The notes under the pieces are model-generated. The model saw only the letters and a list, made by a program, of their open reading frames with translations. It was not told where the DNA came from and did no database searches. The translations under genes were made by a program, and so were the position numbers. From a candidate division WOR-3 bacterium (GTDB taxonomy: Bacteria; Hydrothermota; Tepidihabitantia; Tepidihabitantales; Tepidihabitantaceae), in the NCBI GenBank assembly GCA_965649225.1, contig CBFGJX010000001.1, positions 128,001-192,000 of the forward strand: a DNA stretch of 64,000 nucleotides, in the 5' to 3' direction. Shown in pieces: positions 48,496 through 57,197 of this stretch (positions are counted from its first letter, which is position 1; each line of letters begins with the position of its first letter).

Positions 48496-49155
48496 TCAAC
48501 CCCGACTCAGTTGACCGGAACTACCTCCGCTCCGAACGAAGGGCACAAAAGCCACCGGCATCAGCGACCGCTGCACCAGCCGGTTGGCATGTTTGACGGC
48601 CAGCATCAGCATCTGGCAACCTTCGCCGGCGACCGGTAACACCATCCGTCCCCGGTCGGCGAGCTGGTTGACCAGCTCACGGGGCATGGCGTCGGCCGCG
48701 GCAGTGACAATGATCCGGTCAAAAGGCGCCTGTTCCGGCCAGCCCCGATGACCGTCGCCGATTCGAAACCGGACATTGTTGATCCCCAGTGCCGCCAGCA
48801 ACTGTCGGGCCTGGTGTGAAAGTGCCGGTATCAGCTCAACGGTATAGACCATGCCCGCCAGCGAACAAAGCACTGCCGTCTGATAGCCCGAACCGGTGCC
48901 AATCTCCAGCACCCGATGCTCAGGAGCCACCTGCAGCGCTTCGGTCATTGCCGCGACGATGTACGGCTGAGAAATCGTCTGACCGTAGCCGATCGGCAAC
49001 GGATGGTCTTCATAAGCACAATGCCGCTGTGCTTCGGGCACGAACAGATGACGCGGCACCGCGCGCATCGCCGCCAGCACCCGCGGGTCCCGCACCCCGC
49101 GTGCCGCAATCTGCTCGTTCACCATCGCGTTGCGGGCAACAACCTGATCGACCAC
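48496..49155 (-). CDS. pcm: Protein-L-isoaspartate O-methyltransferase
   Basis: VPRHLFV, GQTISQP, LEIGTGSGYQ and FVP. Confidence 0.94.
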   Translation of the reverse strand: MVDQVVARNAMVNEQIAARGVRDPRVLAAMRAVPRHLFVPEAQRHCAYEDHPLPIGYGQTISQPYIVAAMTEALQVAPEHRVLEIGTGSGYQTAVLCSLAGMVYTVELIPALSHQARQLLAALGINNVRFRIGDGHRGWPEQAPFDRIIVTAAADAMPRELVNQLADRGRMVLPVAGEGCQMLMLAVKHANRLVQRSLMPVAFVPFVRSGGSSGQLSRG

Positions 49156-49160
49156 GCGTC

Positions 49161-49188
49161 AGTATAATCCTGCGGTTCGCCCGGTCAA
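49161..49188 (-). promoter_or_regulatory. sigma70 promoter, probably leaderless pcm mRNA
   Basis: TTGACC-16 nt-TATACT; GTG follows after a 5-nt gap. Confidence 0.6.
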
Positions 49189-49211
49189 ACGCCCGCTCCC
49201 GGGGGCATTCC

Positions 49212-49239
49212 TTGACACTTCTGACAGTCCTCTTATAAT
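49212..49239 (+). promoter_or_regulatory. Consensus sigma70 promoter of the rpmH operon
   Basis: TTGACA-16 nt-TATAAT. Confidence 0.75.
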
Positions 49240-49259
49240 GCCCGCGAGGTTAAAAACAC

Positions 49260-49397
49260 ATGCCCAAAAGGACATACCAGCCATCAAGAATCAGCCGCAA
49301 GCGCACGCATGGCTTTCGCGCCCGAATGCGCACACCGGGCGGCCGGGCTGTCATTCGACGCCGCCGGGCCAAAGGACGCAAGCGTCTGAGCGTATGA
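49260..49397 (+). CDS. rpmH: 50S ribosomal protein L34 (not in the ORF track)
   Basis: [45 protein letters not shown]. Confidence 0.97.
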   Translation: MPKRTYQPSRISRKRTHGFRARMRTPGGRAVIRRRRAKGRKRLSV

Positions 49398-49778
49398 ATG
49401 GCCGAAACCCTGAAACGGAGCGAGATTCTGCGCCGGCGCACCGACATCACCCGGGTTTTGACCGCTCGCCGTATCGGCGACGCGGTGCTGTCGCTCCGCT
49501 GCTGTCCGTCAACAGCTAGTTCCGCTGTCGCGTCTTCCGATATGCCACCACGCCGGGTGGCGTTTCTGATTTCGCGCGGCCTGCCTGGCGCGGTTCAACG
49601 CAACCGGCTGAAACGCCGTCTGCGCGAAATCTACCGCCGGAACAAGTCCTGGTTTCCGGCCGGCTGCGACTGTGTTATCCAGGCCGGACCCCGGGCAGCG
49701 GAACTCGATTACAAGCAACTGCAGGAATTGCTGGCCGCTCTCGGCCGCCGGGCAACTGATGTTCAAACTTGCAGTTAA
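49398..49778 (+). CDS. rnpA: Ribonuclease P protein component
   Basis: [16 protein letters not shown] motif; position after rpmH. Confidence 0.9.
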   Translation: MAETLKRSEILRRRTDITRVLTARRIGDAVLSLRCCPSTASSAVASSDMPPRRVAFLISRGLPGAVQRNRLKRRLREIYRRNKSWFPAGCDCVIQAGPRAAELDYKQLQELLAALGRRATDVQTCS

Positions 49779-50013
49779 GCTGCTGATCCGACTGTATCAG
49801 TTGACGCTGGGCACGGTGTTGCCACCGGTCTGTCGGTACACACCCAGCTGTTCCCAGTACGCCATCGAAGCAGTCGAACGTTATGGCGCCCTTACCGGTT
49901 CCTGGCTTGCCCTGCGCCGGCTCCTGCGTTGTCATCCGTTTTCCCCCGGCGGCCCCGACCCGGTACCGGAAGTCTGCGGCCGTAAACGATGTCCTGCTCG
50001 CGGAGACCAATGA
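49759..50013 (+). CDS. yidD: Membrane protein insertion efficiency factor YidD
   Basis: [10 protein letters not shown] and RLLRCHPF. Confidence 0.93.
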   Translation: MFKLAVKLLIRLYQLTLGTVLPPVCRYTPSCSQYAIEAVERYGALTGSWLALRRLLRCHPFSPGGPDPVPEVCGRKRCPARGDQ

Positions 50014-51629
50014 AAGACGACACTTTTCGCACCGTCATCGGCTTTGCCCTGATCCTTTTGATACTGGTTGGCTGGCAGATGCTGTTCCGTCCCCGACCGC
50101 GGCCCGTAGTGCCGGCGGCACCGGCGACAGAACCAGCCCCGGTTGAGAGTGCCCCGACTCCGCCAAAAGCTGCCCCCGCTGCAATCCTGCCCGAAACCGG
50201 ACAGCCTGCCGCCAGACCGCAACCAGCGTTCCGGGAAACGACCTATGTGCTCGAAAACGCCCGCCTGCGGCTCGAAATCTCGTCGCTTGGTGGTGCTGTC
50301 CGGTCGGCCCGGCTCAAGCGCTACGATGCCGAGCTCGTTCCTGACGGCGCCGCCCTCTTTGGTCTGGGCCTGCTGACCCCGGCCGGCTATCTGCCGCCGG
50401 ACCTGCTGCCGATGGACGCAGTAGTAGACGATACATCACTGGTCCTGAACTACTCCAGCGGGGAAATAACCCTGACCCGCACCCTGACACTGACTGAGGA
50501 CTACCAGCTCGAAGACCGGCTGCAGCTGAATGGCACCGCCGGCATCGTCGTCGACGCCACCGCCGGCCTGGCCATCACCGAAAAAGACATCCGCGAGGCA
50601 CTCGCCCACTACCACTACTATCGGAAAACCAGGCAGAAACTTCACCAGCTGCAGGCCGGCCGGCTCAAAAAACCCGATACCGGTCACGACTCGATGATCT
50701 GGGTCGGTCTGAAATCGAAATACTTCCTCGGCGCAGTCGCTGCCGATGGTGTTACCTTTGACTCGGTCTGGGCCTCGGCACTGCCCGACCACCGGGCCGG
50801 CTTCAGCGCAGTCATCAGCCGACCGGCTGCCGACACCCGTTTGCGCTTCTTCTTCGCCCCGCTGGAGATTGACCTGCTCCGCTCCTACCGGCTGGGCATG
50901 GAACAAGTTGTCGGGCTGGGCTGGACCCGGCCAATCGCGCTGGCAATGCTCTGGCTACTCAAATTCCTCTATCGGATTCTGAGCAACTGGGGGCTGGCGA
51001 TTGTCGTCTTCTCAATAATGATGAAGGCGCTGTTCTGGCCGCTGACCCGCACCCAGACCCGTCAGATGCGCCAGATGCAGTTGCTCCAACCCAAACTCAA
51101 CGAGCTGAAAGTCCGCTACAAGAACGACCCCCAGAAGCTCAACGCCGAGACGATGCAGCTTTACAAATTGTACCGGGTCAACCCGTTGTCTGGTTGTCTG
51201 CCGCTTTTGGTCCAGCTGCCGGTCTTCTGGGCGCTTTACGCCGTGCTCCGCAACTCGATTGACCTGCGCGGCGCAGCGTTTGTTCTGTGGCTGAACGACC
51301 TTTCCCGCCCCGACGCTCTCTTCGGCCATCTGCCCAACGGGCTTCCTTTTGTCGGCGGCGCCGCTTTCGGAGTCCTGCCCCTGCTGATGGGTGTGTCATT
51401 CATCGCCCAGAATCTCATTACCTCCACCGACAAACGCAACTGGGCAATGACGGTCATCTTCCCGGTCTTCATTACCCTGATATTTCTCAACATGCCCAGC
51501 GGACTCCAGCTCTACTGGTTCATGTATAATATTCTCTCAATCATTGAAACTGTCATCGGCACCAAAGGAGTCGGTCTATGGCAACGGAAAACCAGGACGG
51601 CAACCGCCCCACCGGCGAACCCGAACTAA
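50010..51629 (+). CDS. yidC: Membrane protein insertase YidC
   Basis: [29 protein letters not shown] and PSGLQLYW. Confidence 0.94.
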   Translation: MKDDTFRTVIGFALILLILVGWQMLFRPRPRPVVPAAPATEPAPVESAPTPPKAAPAAILPETGQPAARPQPAFRETTYVLENARLRLEISSLGGAVRSARLKRYDAELVPDGAALFGLGLLTPAGYLPPDLLPMDAVVDDTSLVLNYSSGEITLTRTLTLTEDYQLEDRLQLNGTAGIVVDATAGLAITEKDIREALAHYHYYRKTRQKLHQLQAGRLKKPDTGHDSMIWVGLKSKYFLGAVAADGVTFDSVWASALPDHRAGFSAVISRPAADTRLRFFFAPLEIDLLRSYRLGMEQVVGLGWTRPIALAMLWLLKFLYRILSNWGLAIVVFSIMMKALFWPLTRTQTRQMRQMQLLQPKLNELKVRYKNDPQKLNAETMQLYKLYRVNPLSGCLPLLVQLPVFWALYAVLRNSIDLRGAAFVLWLNDLSRPDALFGHLPNGLPFVGGAAFGVLPLLMGVSFIAQNLITSTDKRNWAMTVIFPVFITLIFLNMPSGLQLYWFMYNILSIIETVIGTKGVGLWQRKTRTATAPPANPN

Positions 51630-52099
51630 CCGCCCCGGGCCGATCCGACAATGAACGGCAACTCCTCTTGGAGTTTGTTCAGACCATACTGGACGGCATC
51701 GGGCTGCGCGGCCGGGCCGAAGTCGCTCCCGCGCCCAACGGTTGGGCCGTGAGCATCCACCCCCGCCAGTCATCGGGCTTGTTGATTGGCCGCCAGGGCG
51801 AAACGCTTCGGGCGATTGAGCATCTCGCCCGGCTGGTGATGGCAAAACGCTTTCCCCACGTCACCGAGATCACCGTTGATGTTGCCGGCTACAGCGAACG
51901 GCGCCGGCAGTTTCTGATTGCCAAGGCCCGCGCGGTGGCACGGATTGTCCGCGAAACCGGCCGGGAGATGCTCGTTGACGAAGTCACCGAAGCAGAAGCC
52001 CAGACCGTCCGTGCCGCACTGGCTGACGACCGGGCAGTTCGACTGCGCACCGTCGGCACCGGCCCCAGACGCAATATCGTGATCGGCCCGGCACAGTAA
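51578..52099 (+). CDS. jag: Jag/KhpB-like RNA-binding protein (KH domain plus degenerate R3H; no Jag_N domain)
   Basis: GLLIGRQGETLRAIEHL, VDVAGYSERR and G.GPRR.IVI; synteny. Confidence 0.8.
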   Translation: MATENQDGNRPTGEPELTAPGRSDNERQLLLEFVQTILDGIGLRGRAEVAPAPNGWAVSIHPRQSSGLLIGRQGETLRAIEHLARLVMAKRFPHVTEITVDVAGYSERRRQFLIAKARAVARIVRETGREMLVDEVTEAEAQTVRAALADDRAVRLRTVGTGPRRNIVIGPAQ

Positions 52100-52107
52100 T
52101 TCTGCCG

Positions 52108-53442
52108 GTGATGCCGCCAGCCAGCCAGACAATCTGTGCGCTCGCCACCCCGGACGCACCCGCCGGGCTGGCGATTGTCCGGCTCAGTGGGCCCAAGACG
52201 CTGCAGATTCTCGACCGCTGTTTCCCACCCCCGCCACCTTCGCTGCAGCGACCCGGCACCGTCCGCCTGCGCTGGTTTGGTCCGGCGGCAAACCCGATCG
52301 ACCAGGTAATGCTGCTCGTCTACCGCGCCCCGAAATCCTTCACCGGCGAAGATATGGCTGAAATCATCTGCCATGGCGGTCGGGCGGTAAGCCGCGCCAT
52401 TCTGTCCCGGCTGTTGCACTGCGGCTGCCGGTCTGCCGCTCCCGGTGAATTCACCCGCCGCGCCCTGCTGGCGGGCAAGCTCAGCCTCTCACAGGCCGAA
52501 GCAATCCTTGAACTCAGTCGGGCGGAAACCGATGCCGGCCGACAGCGGGCGGTTCAGGTCTACAGCGGCGCCGTGTCAAACTTCACCCGGGCTCTCCTGG
52601 TGGAACTGGCAGACCTGCGCACTGAACTGGAATACCGCATCGGATTCGAAGACGAAAACACCCCGGTCTCCAGCTCCTGGCAGCAGAAGGTCCAGTCAGT
52701 CGTCGAGCAACTCACCCACGCCATCAAGACCGGTCAGGATGCCCGGCGCCGGGACCGTGACGTCAATGTTGCAATAATCGGCCGGCCCAATGTCGGCAAA
52801 TCCAGCGTTTTCAATACCCTGCTCCGGCACGAACGCTCAGTCGTCTACCATCTGCCTGGCACAACCCGCGATTCGGTTGACGCCCGTCTGCAACTGGGCC
52901 GCATATCGATCCGGCTTGCCGACACCGCCGGTCTGCCATTCCGCAGCGGCGGGGCACTGGCCCGGGCATCGGCCGCTCAGACAATCAAGGCAGTCGAGTC
53001 AGCCGACCTGCTGCTGGCAGTATTCGATGCTTCCCGGCCATTCAGTCCGGCCGACCAGCGCGTCCTTGACCTCTGCGCCGGCCGTGCCTGTCTGTACGTG
53101 CTCAACAAGACCGACCTGCCCAGCCGGTTCCGAATTGAATCTCTGCCCGGGCCGGCGGTAACGATTTCCTGCCGGACCGGCAGCGGCTTCTCGTCCTTGC
53201 GCCGCCGACTTGCCCGCCGGATTTCGCCGACCCGGGTTGATGCTGTCACAACCATCGAGCGTCATCTGCACACCTTTGGCGAGGCCCGCGGTCACCTGCT
53301 GGCCGCGCTCAGAAGCCCGGGTCTTGACTCAGCCGCACTTGAAATAGGCCTGGCCGTGGCTAAGCTGGAAGAGGTTGACGCGGAACCATCCCGGACCGAC
53401 ATCCTTGACCGGGTATTCAACCGGTTCTGCGTCGGCAAGTAG
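52108..53442 (+). CDS. mnmE: tRNA modification GTPase MnmE (divergent)
   Basis: IVRLSG, SFTGED, HGG, GEFT.RA, GRPNVGKSS, GTTRD, DTAG, NKTD and FCVGK. Confidence 0.9.
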   Translation: MMPPASQTICALATPDAPAGLAIVRLSGPKTLQILDRCFPPPPPSLQRPGTVRLRWFGPAANPIDQVMLLVYRAPKSFTGEDMAEIICHGGRAVSRAILSRLLHCGCRSAAPGEFTRRALLAGKLSLSQAEAILELSRAETDAGRQRAVQVYSGAVSNFTRALLVELADLRTELEYRIGFEDENTPVSSSWQQKVQSVVEQLTHAIKTGQDARRRDRDVNVAIIGRPNVGKSSVFNTLLRHERSVVYHLPGTTRDSVDARLQLGRISIRLADTAGLPFRSGGALARASAAQTIKAVESADLLLAVFDASRPFSPADQRVLDLCAGRACLYVLNKTDLPSRFRIESLPGPAVTISCRTGSGFSSLRRRLARRISPTRVDAVTTIERHLHTFGEARGHLLAALRSPGLDSAALEIGLAVAKLEEVDAEPSRTDILDRVFNRFCVGK

Positions 53443-53444
53443 CC

Positions 53445-53822
53445 ATGATTGACCGCATGCTACTGTACCTCGACGATACCCCCGGTGCTGCCCGCGCCGC
53501 TGACTGGGCACTGAAACTGGCACAGCGCCTGTCGGCGCGGGTTTACGTCGTGGCAGTAGTCGAGACCATTCCGCAGCGGCACGGCCGGCGCCGCTCCTCC
53601 AACGAAGAAGAACTCGCCTGGCAGCGGCTTTATGAGGTTGAAGACGACGCGTTCCAGTCCGACGTACCGGTTTCGCTGCTGCTGGAGCAGGGCGCGGCAC
53701 TGCCCATCCTCCAGCGGCTCGGTTCCGGCTACGAAGTTGAGCTGCTCGTGATTCCCGCTGACTGCCGACTGCCGGCGGCTGAAGTCATTCAAACCAGCGA
53801 CCGTCCGGTCGTTTTTGTCTAG
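53445..53822 (+). CDS. Universal stress protein family
   Basis: MLLYLD....A.RAADWA..LA N-terminal pattern; C-terminal RPVVFV. Confidence 0.7.
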   Translation: MIDRMLLYLDDTPGAARAADWALKLAQRLSARVYVVAVVETIPQRHGRRRSSNEEELAWQRLYEVEDDAFQSDVPVSLLLEQGAALPILQRLGSGYEVELLVIPADCRLPAAEVIQTSDRPVVFV

Positions 53823-53835
53823 CAAAGGAGACGCG

Positions 53836-54291
53836 ATGGCAAAACTATCAGAGCTCCTCTCCCCTGACGCCATCATCCTCGAACTGGCAGCCCGGGAGAA
53901 GCTCGAAGTCATCAAAGAGCTCGTTCGCCCGCTGGTTGCCTCCGGAGCGATCACCGATGAACCGACGTTTTTGACTGCGATCGCCCGGCGGGAAAACCTG
54001 GAAAGTACCGGCATCGGCCAGGGCGTTGCCATACCCCATGCCCGCACCCCGGCCGTTGCCCGGATTGTGCTTGCCTTCGGCCGTTCGCTCTCGGGCGTCG
54101 ATTTCTCCAGCCTCGATGGCAAGCTTTCCCACCTGGTCTTTCTGATTGCGGCGCCCGACCAGCAGAAAACCGACTATATCGTCACGCTGGCACGGCTTTC
54201 CCGGCTGTTGCGGCGTGACGACGTCCGTGATGCACTGCACAAAGCCGAAGCACCCGCCGATGTCATCCGGGTGCTGCGGGAAAACGAATAG
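53836..54291 (+). CDS. PTS IIA component, fructose/nitrogen-regulatory (PtsN-like) family
   Basis: RE...STGIG.GVAIPHAR and GVDF.SLDG; AAAGGAG SD. Confidence 0.88.
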   Translation: MAKLSELLSPDAIILELAAREKLEVIKELVRPLVASGAITDEPTFLTAIARRENLESTGIGQGVAIPHARTPAVARIVLAFGRSLSGVDFSSLDGKLSHLVFLIAAPDQQKTDYIVTLARLSRLLRRDDVRDALHKAEAPADVIRVLRENE

Positions 54292-54305
54292 CCGACCCGG
54301 CGCTG

Positions 54306-56075
54306 GTGACCGACTACCTTCTCCCCCGCACTCGCCGCGCCATCGCCGAGCTGCTCGACCGGCACGGAATCGCCGTCAACCCGGCCGAAGTCCGTGACCC
54401 AGAAGCCGGCATCGCCGCTGACCTTGCCCTGCCGCTCTTTCGGCCGGCGAAACTCTTGAAGCGCAACCCGGCCGAGCTGGCCGGAGAAATCGCCGGCCGG
54501 CTTGAACTCGCCGGAACCGGTCTTGCCGCGGTCGAACCAGCCCAAGGCTATCTAAATTTCCGCTTCGACCCGGCTGCCTTTGCCGCCGGCATCTGCGCCG
54601 ACTTTGCCCAAAGCCGCGACAACTACGGTGGGGCCGAGACCGGAGCCGGCCGGACAATCGTCATCGACTATTCTTCCCCCAACATCGCCAAACCCTTCTC
54701 GGTCGGCCACCTGCGCTCGACCATCATCGGTCAGGCAATCAAGAATATCTACCAGTGTCTCGGCTGGCGCGTCATCGGTGACAACCATCTTGGCGATTGG
54801 GGTACCCAGTTCGGCAAACTGCTCTGCGCTTTTGAACGCTGGGGCAGTGAAAGCGAACTTGCTGCTGACCCGACCGGCCATCTCTTCTCGCTCTATGTTC
54901 GTTTCCACGAACAGGCCCGTTCCGACCCGTCACTTGAAACCGCGGCGCGGGAATGGTTCCGACGGCTGGAAACCGGGGACCCGGCAGCCCGCTGCCGCTG
55001 GGAACAGTTTGTCCGCTACAGCCGGGCCGAATTCGACCGCATCTACGAACTGCTCGGCGTCCAGTTCGACTGTCAGCTGGGCGAAAGTTTCTACGCCGAC
55101 CGCGTTGATGAAATTGTCCGCCGGGCGCTTGAACTCGGCGTTGCCCGGCGCGAACTTCCACCCGGTCCGCTGGAAGGCGACGAAACGCTGGCTGCCGACG
55201 AACCGGTCGTCGCGATACCGCTGGACAGTGCCGGCATTGACGTGCCACTGCTGCTGCAGAAATCGGACGGCACCAGCCTCTATGCCACCCGCGAACTGGC
55301 CACTGCCGAATACCGGATCAAGACCTGGCAGCCGGAAAAAATCCTCTACGTCGTCGGCAACGAACAGCAGCTCTACTTCCGTCAATTCAGCGCTGCCCTC
55401 AAGCTGCTTGGTTACGATACGCCGTGCATTCACGTCAGTTTCGGGCTCGTCCGCCTGCCGGGTGGCCGGATGTCCACCCGCGCCGGCCGGGTGATTCTGC
55501 TCAAGGACGTCATCGAGGAAGCGATTAACCGGGCCGCGGCGGTACTCTCCGACCGCAGTATTCCGGCAGAGGAAAAAAACCGCATCGCCCGGATCGTCGG
55601 CATCGGAGCGATCAAGTACGCTGACCTGTCGCAGACCCGCATCAAGGAAGTTGTCTTCGACTGGGACCGGATGCTGGCGCTCGACGGCGATTCCGCCCCC
55701 TACCTGCAGTACGCCTTCACCCGCACCCGCTCCATCCTGCGCAAGGCCGGCATCGCCAACGGCGAAGACCTGCCGCCGCTGGACAATCACCTGGCAGTAC
55801 AGCTGACAACTCCGGAAGAGCTTCAACTACTGCGGACCATTGCCCGCTATCCGGAGACAATCGCGGCGGCTGCCGAATCCTGTGAACCGCACCGGGTTGC
55901 CAACCGTATTTACCGGCTGGCGCGCGACTTCTCGGCATTCTACGATAAAGTGCCGGTCCTGCAGGCTGCTAGTGAGGAACTGAAACTCGCCCGCCTTTAT
56001 CTGGTTGCCATGACCGGCACCGTCATCCGCCATGGTCTCGGCCTCTTGGGCATCGAAACCGTCGAGCGGATGTAA
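54306..56075 (+). CDS. argS: Arginine--tRNA ligase
   Basis: DYSSPNIAKPFSVGHLRS, NHLGDWGTQFG, KSDG..LY, MSTR.G, PYLQYA and terminal ERM. Confidence 0.96.
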   Translation: MTDYLLPRTRRAIAELLDRHGIAVNPAEVRDPEAGIAADLALPLFRPAKLLKRNPAELAGEIAGRLELAGTGLAAVEPAQGYLNFRFDPAAFAAGICADFAQSRDNYGGAETGAGRTIVIDYSSPNIAKPFSVGHLRSTIIGQAIKNIYQCLGWRVIGDNHLGDWGTQFGKLLCAFERWGSESELAADPTGHLFSLYVRFHEQARSDPSLETAAREWFRRLETGDPAARCRWEQFVRYSRAEFDRIYELLGVQFDCQLGESFYADRVDEIVRRALELGVARRELPPGPLEGDETLAADEPVVAIPLDSAGIDVPLLLQKSDGTSLYATRELATAEYRIKTWQPEKILYVVGNEQQLYFRQFSAALKLLGYDTPCIHVSFGLVRLPGGRMSTRAGRVILLKDVIEEAINRAAAVLSDRSIPAEEKNRIARIVGIGAIKYADLSQTRIKEVVFDWDRMLALDGDSAPYLQYAFTRTRSILRKAGIANGEDLPPLDNHLAVQLTTPEELQLLRTIARYPETIAAAAESCEPHRVANRIYRLARDFSAFYDKVPVLQAASEELKLARLYLVAMTGTVIRHGLGLLGIETVERM

Positions 56076-56218
56076 CTCCTCTCGGGTCCACAACAGTTAG
56101 AGCTACGAAAGCTCCTGCCGGCGACAATCTGTCTTACCGATGTCACCGGCTGACCGCCGGTTCGGTTGCCTAACGGTCGGCCAGTCAATCAGTTGTCGAC
56201 TGAAGACCCGAAGCAGTT
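56074..56218 (-). ncRNA. Candidate structured RNA (closing helix plus four hairpins), family unknown
   Basis: Nested inverted repeats read by eye; most mismatches become G-U pairs on the minus strand. Confidence 0.35.
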
Positions 56219-56364
56219 GTTCAATGGCACGGCTGTTTCAGACCGTTACCGGACCGCCTCCCCGGTGGTGGCAACCGGCGTCAACGCTTCTGTTTCTGCC
56301 CGGGCCGAACCCGACCGCAACCTTCCGGGCAGCCACCGGGTCGCGGCGGCGACCCGCAGAACGC

Positions 56365-57132
56365 TCAGACTGCCAGTGTCACCCCGACCGGACAGTGGTC
56401 TGAACCCGGTACCCCCGGCAGGATGAACGCATCCTGCACCATCGGCACGACATTGTCCGATACAAACCAGTAATCAATTCGCCACCCGACATTGCGCTCG
56501 CGTGCTCGCGTCAGCGGGCTCCACCAGGTGTACTGACCGGGCTGATTGTTGAACATCCGGAAAGTGTCAACGAAGCCCGCCGCCACCAGCCGGTCCAGCC
56601 ACGCCCGTTCCTCGGGCAGAAAACCGGACACCTTTGAGTTAGCTTTTGGATGCGCCAGGTCAATTTCCTTGTGAGCGGTATTGTAGTCACCGCCGACCAC
56701 CAGCCGTCGCCCGCGGCGACGCTCGCGCCGCAGATGCTCGAGCAGCACCTCGCAGAACTCCAGTTTGTAGCGCAATCGTTCCGGACTCTGCTTGCCGTTC
56801 GGGAAATAGATATTGTAGATATCCAGTCCGGCAACCCGGACGAGAATCAACCTGCCCTCGCTGTCAAAGCGTTCGATTCCCAGACCGAGGGCAGTAAACT
56901 CCGGCAACTGGCGCAGGAATGTCGCCGTGCCGCTGTAACCGGGTCGCTGCCCGGGATTCCATATCGCGGTGAACCCGGCTGGTTCTTTTAACTCCGGCAC
57001 CAGCGTTTCGGGGCCGCTGCGCGTCTCCTGAATGCAGAAAACATCCGGCCGGTCCCGCGCCAGCCATTCCAGCAGACCCTTGCGGGCTGCCGCCCGGATC
57101 CCGTTGACATTCCAGCTGATCAGTCTGAGCAC
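56365..57132 (-). CDS. xth: Exodeoxyribonuclease III
   Basis: SWNVNGIRA, QET, YFPNG, GDYN, SGFLPEER, GWRIDY and SDHCPV. Confidence 0.95.
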   Translation of the reverse strand: MLRLISWNVNGIRAAARKGLLEWLARDRPDVFCIQETRSGPETLVPELKEPAGFTAIWNPGQRPGYSGTATFLRQLPEFTALGLGIERFDSEGRLILVRVAGLDIYNIYFPNGKQSPERLRYKLEFCEVLLEHLRRERRRGRRLVVGGDYNTAHKEIDLAHPKANSKVSGFLPEERAWLDRLVAAGFVDTFRMFNNQPGQYTWWSPLTRARERNVGWRIDYWFVSDNVVPMVQDAFILPGVPGSDHCPVGVTLAV

Positions 57133-57149
57133 CAGAGTGCCGCCTTTGC

Positions 57150-57187
57150 GGCGGCGGCCCGGGACAGCACTGCCCCGGGCCGCCGCC
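57150..57187. repeat. Perfect 14-bp GC-rich inverted repeat between the PorV gene and xth (terminator or mRNA-stabilising stem)
   Basis: GGCGGCGGCCCGGG-10 nt-CCCGGGCCGCCGCC; no U-tract on the minus strand. Confidence 0.6.
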
Positions 57188-57197
57188 AGTCACTGAC

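Noticed and set aside
49156..49259. Possible oriC next to rpmH
   Set aside because: No dnaA, no TTATCCACA box cluster and no AT-rich unwinding element; the gap is explained by two divergent promoters
56100..56211. Hammerhead ribozyme (CTGAAGA and GAAA both present)
   Set aside because: The core elements are not arranged around stem II as required
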